Position numbers and translations under genes: made by a program. From NCBI GenBank assembly GCA_030525985.1, contig JAUNDR010000004.1, forward strand, positions 3,327-67,326: DNA of 64,000 nucleotides. Reading direction: 5' to 3'. Numbering within the stretch: position 1 is the first letter of the stretch; each line of letters begins with the position of its first letter. Source of the DNA: Slackia sp. Lineage in GTDB: Bacteria > Actinomycetota > Coriobacteriia > Coriobacteriales > Eggerthellaceae. Shown piece by piece: positions 46,063 through 55,516 of this stretch. The notes under the pieces were generated by a model. The model was not told where the DNA came from, did no database searches, and worked only from the letters and a program-made list of their open reading frames with translations.

Positions 46063-46290
46063 CAAGTACTTGGAGCTTTGGGGTCGATGCATCGCGGCTC
46101 CTTTATCCGAGGGGCAATCGGCGCGCGATAATCGTCGGCGATGGTTGCCTCCGAATGTGTTTTCGGCATTCATGTTTTGCGGCGGAGCCGCATGATATCC
46201 TTCTATGATGACCGTTCAAATCCTACTAAAATACCAGGTGAAGGCTTATTTTTTGAAACATATGCGACCGATTTTCTCCTATTCGTATCG

Positions 46291-46296
46291 TAGAAT
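46291..46296 (+). promoter_or_regulatory. candidate -10 box TAGAAT for the BspA-like gene
   Basis: 39 nt upstream of the TTG 46335 start. Confidence 0.35.
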
Positions 46297-46334
46297 TGTC
46301 ATGGCTTAGTGCGGCTTTGAGGAAAGGAGAAAGA

Positions 46335-49300
46335 TTGGAGGCGACGAAAGCTTTGAAGCGTGTGTGTCTCGCCTTTGCCGCGGCGATGGCTATGCTCGCA
46401 TTCCCCTGCGCTGCTTATGCGGAAGAATCCGTCGGGGGGGGGGTAAATCCTGGATTCGATGGTCTTAATAGCGAAAGCTTGTCTGGAAATGCGATTTCGC
46501 TTGGCAGAATGATTGACCACGGATTCGATGATGTAGACGGAACGTCATGGTACGTCGATTCTGTTGCGAGGGCGTATCAAAATGGCTATATGCCAGGTGG
46601 ATATGATTTGGCGCTGTTTCGTCCCATGGACGTTGCTACGAGGGCCGATCTTGCGTCGACGTTGTTCGGCCTTTCTGGCGGATGGTTCGATGCGGGCGAC
46701 GGCACGGGAGGCAGCACCCCGTTTTCCGACATAAGCTCTGACGCGTGGTATTCGAAAGCGGTGCAGTGGTGCTCTGAGGCCGGCCTTATGAACGGCGATG
46801 GGGATTCGGGCGTGTTTCGTCCCGATTCCAGGATGACGAGAGAAGAGTTGGCGGTTGCTTTTGCGAATTACGCCAAGTGCTGCCTCGGACAGAACCCGGT
46901 TCCAGAGAAACCCGTTGATGAAATCTTGGGTGCATTTCATGATTCCGATGCGATTTCGCCCGACGCCCGAGAGGCAGTTGCTTGGATTATCGAAAAGGGG
47001 GTTCTCCCTTCGGTTGGCGGAGCAGCTGATCCCCAGGGAAGTATGACGCGCGTATCGCTTGCGGTTGTTGCTTGCCGTCTTCAGGAAAATCCCATTGCAG
47101 AGATTCCCCAGAAAATAGCGGTCGACCCCATGGCGTTATCTAGGGGCGACGGCAACGTCCATTTGGTTGTCCGTGCCTTCGGGGCCCAGAGCTTGCAATG
47201 GGAGAAGTACAACGAGCAAACGGCAACGTGGGAGGCCGTCCCCGATGCGACGAAAGCCCATATCGTCGTAAGCACCGAGGAGTACGCGAATAAAAATGAG
47301 CCGTATCGATGCAGCATCGATTTCCCCGATACGGGCGTTATCGAGTCGAATTCGACCGATGGAACCATGCGCGATATGGATGACGGAGTCGTTGTCGATA
47401 CGTCATACCGATGGAGTATTGACGGTAAAGGGGTGTTGAGAATTTCATCGCCCGATGGGCAGTCGGTAGTGCTCCCTGAGGATATTGCTCGGAATGCCCC
47501 ATGGAACGACAGGAAAGCCGAAATAACGGCGGTTGTTGTCGAGGGGGACGTGAAGGCACCCAGGAGCTTGAGCCATATGTTCGGGAACAGCGAAGGTGGC
47601 CCCAGCAACGACTATACTCACCTCGTCAGTGCCGACTTGTCCCATCTTGACATGACCGGCTGCGAATATGTCGATGGCATGTTCCGCGATTGCCCCCGAT
47701 TGCAAACGGTTAAATTGGGTTTGACCGGAGCCGATCCTGTCGATACGTCGCATATGTTTTCAGAATGCCCGTCGCTTGAATCTGTTGATTTTGGTTTTGG
47801 ATGGAGCATGGCAGATGTTGAAGACACGAGATGGATGTTCGACGGGTGCTCCTCTCTTAAGTCTCTTGATGTGTCGACGTGGGACATGGGGAATGCGAGA
47901 CACATGAGTATGATGTTCTATGGATGCTCTTCCCTCGAATCGCTTGACGTTAGCACGTGGAACACGGGCAGCGTTGAGGATGTTGCGGCGATGTTTGCCA
48001 GTTGTTCGAACCTGCGCAGTATCAACGTGTCTTCGTGGTCTACGGGCTTGGTGAAAAGCAGCCCGCAGATGAGCGGTTTTGATGATATGTTTGCTGGTTG
48101 TTCTGCGTTGGATGGTCTTGACCTTTCTGCATGGGAATTTCCCTCGAATACGGCGATGAGGAGGATGTTCGATGGATGCGCTGCCCTGGAGTATGTAAAG
48201 TTTCCGTCTGGCGATAGCCTGAGCTTTTCTAGTGTCGATCAGGCGTTTTCTGGCTGTCAGTCCCTTGTTTCGTTGGATGTAGCAAACTGGGATGTTTCGG
48301 GCGTAACTAACTATAGTGGCTTTTCGGGCGTATTCGCGGGATGCTCCTCTCTCGTGAATCTCGATGTGTCGAAGTGGGATGTGTCTGGCACCGATAATTT
48401 TTCCGGCATGTTTTCAGGGTGCTCTTCCTTGGTCGAGCTTGATTTGTCCCAGTGGGATACGGCCAAGGCGGAGCGTATGGGCTACATGTTCCGCGGCTGC
48501 TCTTCTTTGGAGAAGCTCGATGTGAGCGGATGGGATATGTCTCATTCCGTCGAAGCGCCGTTTATGTTCGGTGGCTGCTCCTCTCTTTCCGAGCTCGATC
48601 TTTCGGGTTGGAAGACTTCCGGCCTGAAGCAGATAGATTGCATGTTCGCGGGATGCTCTTCTCTCGAGAAGCTCGATCTTTCTCAATGGGACACGAGCGC
48701 TACGAAATTGATCACGGGCATTCCCTTCCCACGCATGTTCGAGGATTGCTACAAGCTGTTCGACCTAACGCTTGGCGAGAATTTCAAGTTCGTAGGCTCC
48801 GCTTCCAGTCTTCGTGCCGTTCCCGCTGGCATGTGCTGGAAGGCTGCTAGCACGGGCGACGAAATTGCCACGACCGCCGAGCTTGTCGATTACCACAATC
48901 AGCATGCACGCCTGGAGACCTACACCCTCGCCGCATCTTCTGGCGGTTCGGGGCAGGGCGGCGGCACGGGCGGTGGCTCCGGTGGGGGCGGCGGATCGAC
49001 TGGTCCTTCGCTTGACATCCAAGACGAAACGGGCGGCAAGGTGGTCGTCGGACCTATCGGCGATGCTTCGGATGGCATCTCGCGCATTCGCATGACCCCT
49101 CTTGCCGAGGACGAGCTTTCCTATAAGCTGCTCGCTGGACGCGTAGAAGCAGGCCAGCAGATTGCGGGCGCGTATCGCATCGAGGTGACGGGCGAGGGCA
49201 AGATTGCCGCTTCGTTCGAGGTCGGTCCCGAGCTCAACGGCGAAACGGTCGAGATGGCCTACGTGGATTCCGACGGGTCTGTTGTCGAGGTTTCTGCAAT

Positions 49301-49967
49301 CGTCGTAGGCGGCAGCGCTGTCGTGTTGCTCGATGGCACGTCGGACGTGATGGTGTTCGTTCCTGCAGGGGCGAGCGACCTTACGCACGGATTCCCCGAC
49401 GTTTCCGCCGATGATTGGTACGTGAAAGAGGGTTATCTCGATTACGTGGTTGAAAACGGACTCATGCAAGGCCACGGCAACGGCGATAGGTTCGGTCCTG
49501 GCGAGACCATCTCGCGCGGTCAGATCGTCACGGTTCTGTGGCGCATGGCGGGAAGCCCCGTTGTTTCCGCCGCCGACTTCGACGACGTGGATTACGGCAT
49601 GTACTATGGCGACGCCATCGCTTGGGCGCGCGCGACCGGCGTGGTGGGCGGATATGGCTCAAGCAACATGTTCGGCCCCGAAGACACGGCTACGCGCGGG
49701 CAGATGGCCGTGATGTTGACGAATTACGCGAAGAGCATTGCCGGCCTGGATGTGACCGTCGATGGCGCCGCGCTCGCCGACAAGGCCGATGTCGACTCCA
49801 TTCCCGCCTGGGCGCACGACGCTCTTGCCTGGACTGCCGAAAACGGCATCATCACGGGCCGCGTTGTAGACGGTGAGAGCTATATGGCCCCTGATGGCAC
49901 GGCGTTGCGCTGCGAAGCCGCGAAGATGTTCACGGCGTTCCATCGCGATGTGCTGCAGAATGCATAG
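46335..49967 (+). CDS. BspA-family leucine-rich-repeat (DUF285-type) cell-surface protein with SLH triads at both ends
   Basis: TTG 46335 follows AGGAAAGGAGA, while the ORF opens at 46296. Signal peptide ...AFPCAAYA; three N-terminal SLH-like units; about 13 LRR units; Gly-rich linker; three C-terminal SLH units. Confidence 0.88.
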   Translation: MEATKALKRVCLAFAAAMAMLAFPCAAYAEESVGGGVNPGFDGLNSESLSGNAISLGRMIDHGFDDVDGTSWYVDSVARAYQNGYMPGGYDLALFRPMDVATRADLASTLFGLSGGWFDAGDGTGGSTPFSDISSDAWYSKAVQWCSEAGLMNGDGDSGVFRPDSRMTREELAVAFANYAKCCLGQNPVPEKPVDEILGAFHDSDAISPDAREAVAWIIEKGVLPSVGGAADPQGSMTRVSLAVVACRLQENPIAEIPQKIAVDPMALSRGDGNVHLVVRAFGAQSLQWEKYNEQTATWEAVPDATKAHIVVSTEEYANKNEPYRCSIDFPDTGVIESNSTDGTMRDMDDGVVVDTSYRWSIDGKGVLRISSPDGQSVVLPEDIARNAPWNDRKAEITAVVVEGDVKAPRSLSHMFGNSEGGPSNDYTHLVSADLSHLDMTGCEYVDGMFRDCPRLQTVKLGLTGADPVDTSHMFSECPSLESVDFGFGWSMADVEDTRWMFDGCSSLKSLDVSTWDMGNARHMSMMFYGCSSLESLDVSTWNTGSVEDVAAMFASCSNLRSINVSSWSTGLVKSSPQMSGFDDMFAGCSALDGLDLSAWEFPSNTAMRRMFDGCAALEYVKFPSGDSLSFSSVDQAFSGCQSLVSLDVANWDVSGVTNYSGFSGVFAGCSSLVNLDVSKWDVSGTDNFSGMFSGCSSLVELDLSQWDTAKAERMGYMFRGCSSLEKLDVSGWDMSHSVEAPFMFGGCSSLSELDLSGWKTSGLKQIDCMFAGCSSLEKLDLSQWDTSATKLITGIPFPRMFEDCYKLFDLTLGENFKFVGSASSLRAVPAGMCWKAASTGDEIATTAELVDYHNQHARLETYTLAASSGGSGQGGGTGGGSGGGGGSTGPSLDIQDETGGKVVVGPIGDASDGISRIRMTPLAEDELSYKLLAGRVEAGQQIAGAYRIEVTGEGKIAASFEVGPELNGETVEMAYVDSDGSVVEVSAIVVGGSAVVLLDGTSDVMVFVPAGASDLTHGFPDVSADDWYVKEGYLDYVVENGLMQGHGNGDRFGPGETISRGQIVTVLWRMAGSPVVSAADFDDVDYGMYYGDAIAWARATGVVGGYGSSNMFGPEDTATRGQMAVMLTNYAKSIAGLDVTVDGAALADKADVDSIPAWAHDALAWTAENGIITGRVVDGESYMAPDGTALRCEAAKMFTAFHRDVLQNA
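46434..46443 (+). repeat. homopolymeric G10 tract inside the coding sequence
   Basis: gtc ggg ggg ggg gta encodes VGGGV, just after the predicted signal peptide. Confidence 0.95.
47679..48790 (+). repeat. tandem coding repeats (about 13 BspA/DUF285 LRR units of 25-31 aa)
   Basis: Recurring F-x-G-C-S-S-L-x-x-L-D-[LV]-S-x-W-D-x-S...M-F pattern. Confidence 0.9.
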
Positions 49968-50195
49968 CACCTGTCGCCGTGCATACTGCGTTGACTGACG
50001 GGCGTGATTCACGCCCAGAAGAAACGGAGCATCCACCGTCAAGCTGACAGGCGGCGCAATCGTGCGGCCCGGTCGTATTCGAAAGCGACCGGGCCGCTTC
50101 TTTGAGCGCGGCGGTTTCCATCCGAGCCCTGCTGCCGCCTTGATTGATGGAACGGTAACGCCCGCCCGGCACGCGGCGTTGTGCGTCTCGCTCCG

Positions 50196-50204
50196 TGCTA
50201 GAAT
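50196..50204 (+). promoter_or_regulatory. extended -10 TGcTAGAAT giving a leaderless hemolysin-III mRNA
   Basis: The hexamer ends 7 nt before ATG 50212, and there is no RBS. Confidence 0.4.
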
Positions 50205-50211
50205 GCCCCCC

Positions 50212-51066
50212 ATGAATACGACGATGACGAAAAACGAATCGGCTGCCGCCTCGCCAGGCGCCCCAGGCCGAAGCCAGGGTGCTCGAGCGGCGCTCTCGGA
50301 TGCCGCGTCTCACGCATGGCAGATTTCCAATTTCAACGACGCCCGCGCCGCCCGCAAGGCGGAAAAACGTGGCGGCAAGGCCTCGTCGAATGCGCCCGAA
50401 AAGGTCGACGACTCGTCTCATCGCCGGAAGAAGAACGTGCGCGAATACACGGTGGGCGAGGAAATCGCCAACTCCATCTCCCACGGCATCGGCGCCGCGC
50501 TTGCCGTGGCGGCCATTCCCATCTGTATCGTCGTCGCGGTATCGCACGGCGGTGGCGTGGCGCTTGCGGCAGCGCTCATCTACACCATTTCCATGCTGTT
50601 GGAATACACGGCGTCTACGCTCTATCATGCACTGGTGCCCATCCCCGCCAAAAAGGTGTTCAAGATCCTCGACCATTCGGCGATTTATCTGTTCATCGCG
50701 GGCAGCTATACGCCGTTCTGCCTGATCGCCTTGGCGGGATCGAACGGTATGCTGCTGTGCGGCATCGTATGGGCGCTCGCCATCGTCGGCATGGCGCTCG
50801 AGGCTTTCTGGGTGTTCCGTCCGCGTTGGATTTCGGCGGTCATCTATCTGCTGCTCGGTTGGTGCGTCGTCGGGTTCCTGCCGCCGCTCATCGCCAATCT
50901 GGCATTCCCGGGGCTCATGCTGCTTCTAGCGGGCGGCATTTGCTACAGCGTCGGCTGCGTCTTCTACGTTTTGAAGAAGATTCCCTACATGCACACGGTG
51001 TTCCATCTGTGGGTGTTGGCGGGCAGCGTGCTGCAGTTCCTCTCCATCGTGTTGTACGTGCTTTAG
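50212..51066 (+). CDS. hemolysin III / PAQR family membrane protein
   Basis: 284 aa from ATG 50212; 7 TM; motifs EEIANSISHGIG, HSAIYLFIAGSYTPF and HLWVLAGS. Confidence 0.85.
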   Translation: MNTTMTKNESAAASPGAPGRSQGARAALSDAASHAWQISNFNDARAARKAEKRGGKASSNAPEKVDDSSHRRKKNVREYTVGEEIANSISHGIGAALAVAAIPICIVVAVSHGGGVALAAALIYTISMLLEYTASTLYHALVPIPAKKVFKILDHSAIYLFIAGSYTPFCLIALAGSNGMLLCGIVWALAIVGMALEAFWVFRPRWISAVIYLLLGWCVVGFLPPLIANLAFPGLMLLLAGGICYSVGCVFYVLKKIPYMHTVFHLWVLAGSVLQFLSIVLYVL

Positions 51067-51126
51067 GCGCGTAGGTGATATTCCGCCTGGTAGGCGGCGA
51101 GCTTGAAAAGGTTGTGACGCGGTTTC

Positions 51127-52440
51127 ATGGACGTCGGCATAAGCATTCTGGTCACGTTTGTACTCATCTTGGTGAACGGATATTTTTCCGCTTCCGAAAT
51201 GGCGCTGGTGAATGCGCGCAAGGTCGTGCTTCAAAAAGAGGCCGGCGAGGGGTCGAAGAAGGCGGCGAGCGCTCTTGAGCTTGCGTCCGACTCCGACCGC
51301 TTCCTGGCAACGATTCAGGTTGCCATCACGCTGGTGGGCTTTTTCGCGTCGGCGGCGGCCGCCACGAATCTTTCCGATCCGCTGGCGCAATGGATGGCGT
51401 CGTTCGGAATCGAATGGCTCGCCTTCGCCGCGCCCGCTTTGGCTCCCGTGCTCATCACGCTGATCGTTTCGTATTTCAGCATCGTGATCGGCGAGCTGGT
51501 TCCCAAGCGCATCGCGCTTTCTTCGGCGGAATCGGTGTCGAAGGCGGTCGCCGGGCCTTTGAAGGTGTTCCAGAAGGTCGCCAGCCCCTTGGTGCGTTTC
51601 ACGGCGGCATCGGCGAATCTCATCGCGCGTCTGATGGGCGTGAAAAGCGCGGACGAGCGCCAGGAGGTTTCCGAGGAGGAAATCCGCTACATCGTGGCCG
51701 ACAACGAAGAGCTCGACGACGATGAGAAGCGCATGATCCACGAGGTGCTCGACCTGGGCGATGCCACCGCCGTGGAAGCTATGACGCCCCGTGTCGACGT
51801 GATCGCCGTGGAGGATACCGAAACCGTGAAGCAGGCGCTCGACCGCATGCGCGGTACGGGTTATTCCCGCCTGCCCGTCTATCGCGACGACCTCGACGAC
51901 ATCGTGGGCATCGTGCGCTACAAAGACTTGATCAGCCCTCTGCTTGACGGCAAAGAGACCGACGCGGTGGCCGATTATGTCGCGGAAGTGGGCTTCGTTC
52001 CTGAAAGCAAAGACCTGTTGCCCCTGCTCAACGAAATGCAAACGAATCGTCAACAGATGACGGTCGTCGTCGACGAGTACGGCGGAACTGCCGGTTTAAT
52101 AACCATCGAAGATATCGTGGAAGAGATCGTGGGAGAGATCGTCGACGAGACCGATTTCAGCGAAAACGAGCATGTCACGCAGCTTTCGGCGAAGGAATGG
52201 ATTGCCGTCGGGTCGTGTCCGTGCGACGAGGCGGCGGCGTTCGGATGGCCCGTGGAAGAGAGCGAAGACTACGAGACCATCGCGGGCTGGCTGATGAACA
52301 GGTTCGATTGCGTTCCCCAGCTTGGCGATGAGTTCGTGGTCGACGGCTATGCATTCAAGGTGCAGCAGATGCGCCGCCGTCGCGTTTCCCAGTTGCGCGT
52401 GAAGCGCGTATCCGCCGCCGATCCTGCGCAGGAACAGTAA
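51127..52440 (+). CDS. CNNM/TlyC-family protein (DUF21 - CBS pair - CorC_HlyC)
   Basis: 437 aa; N-terminal DUF21 LILVNGYFSASEMAL; CBS pair; C-terminal transporter-associated domain. Confidence 0.88.
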   Translation: MDVGISILVTFVLILVNGYFSASEMALVNARKVVLQKEAGEGSKKAASALELASDSDRFLATIQVAITLVGFFASAAAATNLSDPLAQWMASFGIEWLAFAAPALAPVLITLIVSYFSIVIGELVPKRIALSSAESVSKAVAGPLKVFQKVASPLVRFTAASANLIARLMGVKSADERQEVSEEEIRYIVADNEELDDDEKRMIHEVLDLGDATAVEAMTPRVDVIAVEDTETVKQALDRMRGTGYSRLPVYRDDLDDIVGIVRYKDLISPLLDGKETDAVADYVAEVGFVPESKDLLPLLNEMQTNRQQMTVVVDEYGGTAGLITIEDIVEEIVGEIVDETDFSENEHVTQLSAKEWIAVGSCPCDEAAAFGWPVEESEDYETIAGWLMNRFDCVPQLGDEFVVDGYAFKVQQMRRRRVSQLRVKRVSAADPAQEQ

Positions 52441-52472
52441 CGGGTGCTCGAGGATACGGAAGGAGGGGTTCT

Positions 52473-53345
52473 GTGGTCGAGGCGAATCGCCTTCATCGCT
52501 CCAATGACGAGGTCATTTCGGGTGTTTGCGCCGGTGTGGCGGAATACTTCGACCTCGACCCCATCGCCGTGCGCATCCTCGCCGTTCTTTTGACGATATG
52601 CACGTTCGGCATCGCCGCCGCCGTCTACGTCGTCATGTGGCTCGTGCTTCCCGGGAAGATGCATGCGCCCGCACCGATCGCCTGCGCCGTCTATGTTCCC
52701 GCCGCTTCGGCGCCTTCTCCTTCCGTTCCGCGCCGTGTCCGCGGGTCTGCTCCCGTGCCTCCTGTGGGGTTTGCCTACGAGCCCGATTCGGCAGGCGATA
52801 AGGCCCCTGTCGCCGCTCCCGTGGCCGATTCCGAAGAGCCGTGCGAGAAGTGCGGCATGGAGGGATGGTCGCGATTGTGCGTATGGCTCGGTTCGGCGAT
52901 TCTCGCCGTCGACGCCGTCTTGCTGTTCGACTTCTTCGTGCGCGGCGTTTCGTGGTGGCAGCTGTGGCCCGTGGTGCTTGTGGTGGCAGGCTTCGTCTTG
53001 CTGTTCGTCCCTGCGAAAAAAGGCTCGTATGCGCGTCGCTTCTCGTGCGGCCTGTCGCTGGTGGCCGCGGGCGTCGTGATGCTGTTCATATCGACCGGCG
53101 TCCTTTCTCCGCTTTCCATCGCGTATGCCATTTCGAAGCTGTGGCCCATTTTCCTGGTCATGGCGGGCCTGCTGGTGATGAACGTGTCTTTGCACGATGA
53201 GATGTTCGATTTCGGATTGGCGCTTTGCGTGGTCGTGGTCTGCGTTGCCACATGCACGGCGTTTGCCGTTCCCGGCTCTCTCGGATACATCGCGGTCGAT
53301 TTCCCCTTCGGCTCGCGGGTTTTCGACGTCAATCCATGGATTTAG
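52473..53345 (+). CDS. PspC domain-containing membrane protein
   Basis: GTG start after GGAAGGAGG; LHRSNDEVISGVCAGVAEYFDLDPIAVRILAVLL followed by multiple TM segments. Confidence 0.82.
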   Translation: MVEANRLHRSNDEVISGVCAGVAEYFDLDPIAVRILAVLLTICTFGIAAAVYVVMWLVLPGKMHAPAPIACAVYVPAASAPSPSVPRRVRGSAPVPPVGFAYEPDSAGDKAPVAAPVADSEEPCEKCGMEGWSRLCVWLGSAILAVDAVLLFDFFVRGVSWWQLWPVVLVVAGFVLLFVPAKKGSYARRFSCGLSLVAAGVVMLFISTGVLSPLSIAYAISKLWPIFLVMAGLLVMNVSLHDEMFDFGLALCVVVVCVATCTAFAVPGSLGYIAVDFPFGSRVFDVNPWI

Positions 53346-53354
53346 GAGGGACTC

Positions 53355-53771
53355 GTGGCCGATAGCCGCAAAAACAAGAATCGCCCGCGTCCCGCCGTCA
53401 TCCTGGGCGTGGCGTTGATCGCGCTCGGCCTGTTCAATCTTGCCGGCAATATCGTTCCTTATGAGGTGTGGGCGAGCATCGGCGCCGTCGTTCGCGTCGT
53501 GTGGCCGTGTGCTCTGGTTGTCGCGGGCGTCTTCCTTCTGTGGGCGTCGAAGCGCGGCAAGCTTGCCGGATTCGTCTCGGCGCGTCCCCACGGGCCTTTC
53601 CGGCGCAGCCTGACCGACAAGCGCTTCCTCGGCGTGTGCGGCGGCGTCGCTTACTACTTCGGGGTCGACTCCACGATCGTGCGCGTGCTCGCCGTCATTC
53701 TTTTCGCCATGTCGCCGCTGACCGCCGTTTTCGCCTATTTTCTTATTGCGCTGGTGGTTCCTCGGGCGTAG
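53355..53771 (+). CDS. PspC domain-containing membrane protein (PspC domain at the C-terminus)
   Basis: 138 aa; LTDKRFLGVCGGVAYYFGVDSTIVRVLAVILF; GGAGGG RBS. Confidence 0.82.
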   Translation: MADSRKNKNRPRPAVILGVALIALGLFNLAGNIVPYEVWASIGAVVRVVWPCALVVAGVFLLWASKRGKLAGFVSARPHGPFRRSLTDKRFLGVCGGVAYYFGVDSTIVRVLAVILFAMSPLTAVFAYFLIALVVPRA

Positions 53772-53994
53772 CGGACGGCTTGCTTGGTGCGGCGAACGGC
53801 TTGTTTATGCCGTTTTTGCGATGGGCATTTGCTCGCCAATCGATGGAAAAAACAACATAATGCCTGTTCAATAAGCTATTAGCGCGCGAGCGTCCGTTCG
53901 TATCGCCGTCGCATTGTCCCGATGCCGCGCTATCGAGTACAATGGCTAGGTTTTTCATGACCTATACGCGGTTTCATGCGTCGATGCGTCGACC

Positions 53995-54765
53995 ATGCTT
54001 TCGGGGCCTGCCTTTTGCCCGCCGCGTCGCGTGTTGGGAGGATGGTTGGCCGGTAAGGCGTCACATAGCCTGCTTCGTTTCGCTCCGATCGTTGCGATCG
54101 CGTGCGTCGTCGCGCTTGTCGCGGCCATTTCTGCATTCACGATGCAGCCGGCTGTGGCATCGCACGATGTCGATGTCGACACGATCGGCATCGGCGCCGA
54201 CCGCAATACGGCCGACGATAGCTCGGCGTCTTCCGCCGATCGCATGCAGGCGGCCAGCGCCGACACCGCGTCGCTTTCGTCTTCTTCCGCGCGTTCCATC
54301 ACGGTGAGCGACCCCGATCCGGTCATCGTTCTTTCGGCGTATGACGTGACCAACCAGGGCACCGTCGCTGCGGCGCTCGAGCTGGGAACGACCGACCCTT
54401 TGCCTACCGCGCCCCATATTCTTCCCGATGAAGACGACGGATGGAGCCTTGGTTCCGCCTCCGCTTACAGCCACGCCGACAACGACGACGGTTTGGGCAA
54501 TTTCGGAACCGACGTCACCGCTTCGGGCGTGCCGCTTTCCCACGACGGCCTGACGGTTGCCGTTCCCGAATCGCAGGCCCATCTGCTCGGCCATCCGGTT
54601 GCCATTCGCTATGGCGAAACGATTATCGTCGCCACGGTGACCGATACGGGCGGCTTCGAGTCATACGGCCGCGCGCTCGACCTTGCTCCCGGCTGCTGGA
54701 AGGCATTCGGCGTGACCGATGTGCACGATTGGGGCGTTCGCTCCGTTTACTACAAATTCCTGTAA
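53995..54765 (+). CDS. membrane-anchored RlpA-like double-psi beta-barrel / 3D-domain cell-wall protein
   Basis: N-terminal TM anchor, Ser/Asp-rich linker, C-terminal ...VAIRYGETIIVATVTDTGGFESYGRALDLAPGCWKAFG. No RBS at 53995, so the start is uncertain. Confidence 0.65.
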   Translation: MLSGPAFCPPRRVLGGWLAGKASHSLLRFAPIVAIACVVALVAAISAFTMQPAVASHDVDVDTIGIGADRNTADDSSASSADRMQAASADTASLSSSSARSITVSDPDPVIVLSAYDVTNQGTVAAALELGTTDPLPTAPHILPDEDDGWSLGSASAYSHADNDDGLGNFGTDVTASGVPLSHDGLTVAVPESQAHLLGHPVAIRYGETIIVATVTDTGGFESYGRALDLAPGCWKAFGVTDVHDWGVRSVYYKFL

Positions 54766-54817
54766 AGGCTCATGAGGATGCGCATCGGGCGCATCTTCTT
54801 TTTCGGGAGGTTGCGTT

Positions 54818-55483
54818 ATGGCGAACATCATCATCGTAGGCTGCGGCCGCGTCGGGTCCCAGCTGGCGACGCTGCTTTCGCAAAACGACGGCAACGTGTG
54901 CGTGGTCGACCGCAACGCCGAGGCGTTTTCCAACCTCGATCGCAACTTCAACGGCACCACGCTGCAGGGGCTGGGCTTCGACGAAGACGTGTTGATCCGC
55001 GCGGGCGTCGAAGAGGCCGACGTGGTGGCGGCGGTCACCCAGTCCGATAACTCGAACCTCATGGTGGTCGAAGTGGCGCGCCGCATCTTCCATGTGCCGC
55101 ACGTCATCGCCCGCCTGTACAATCCCGCTCGCGAGCGCGCGTATATGCAGCTCGGCCTCGACTACGTATGCGGCACGTCCCTTGTGGCGGAAGAGGTGTT
55201 CTCGAAAATTCTTTCAGGTCACGGAAGCCATCTGGACACATTCGGCGATTTCGAAATCCTGCGCTTCTCGCTCGACCTTTCGAGCACGGACAGAAACCAG
55301 GTAAAGGTGTCCGAGCTCGAGCGCAACCACGGCATTCGCATCGTGGCGTTCGAGCGTCGCGACGGCAGCGCGAGCTCCATCCCCACGCGCGACAGCGTGC
55401 TGTATCATGGCGACAGCATCCTGGCATGCGTGCGCCACGACCTTCTTGGCGCATTTTCGAAGTATATGCAGATGGGCGCTTAG
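54818..55483 (+). CDS. TrkA/KtrA-family potassium transporter NAD-binding subunit
   Basis: 221 aa; MANIIIVGCGRVGSQLA Rossmann motif (RCK N) plus RCK C domain. Confidence 0.88.
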   Translation: MANIIIVGCGRVGSQLATLLSQNDGNVCVVDRNAEAFSNLDRNFNGTTLQGLGFDEDVLIRAGVEEADVVAAVTQSDNSNLMVVEVARRIFHVPHVIARLYNPARERAYMQLGLDYVCGTSLVAEEVFSKILSGHGSHLDTFGDFEILRFSLDLSSTDRNQVKVSELERNHGIRIVAFERRDGSASSIPTRDSVLYHGDSILACVRHDLLGAFSKYMQMGA

Positions 55484-55516
55484 GTTCGGCCGGCGTTTCG
55501 TTCATCGGGAGGATCG

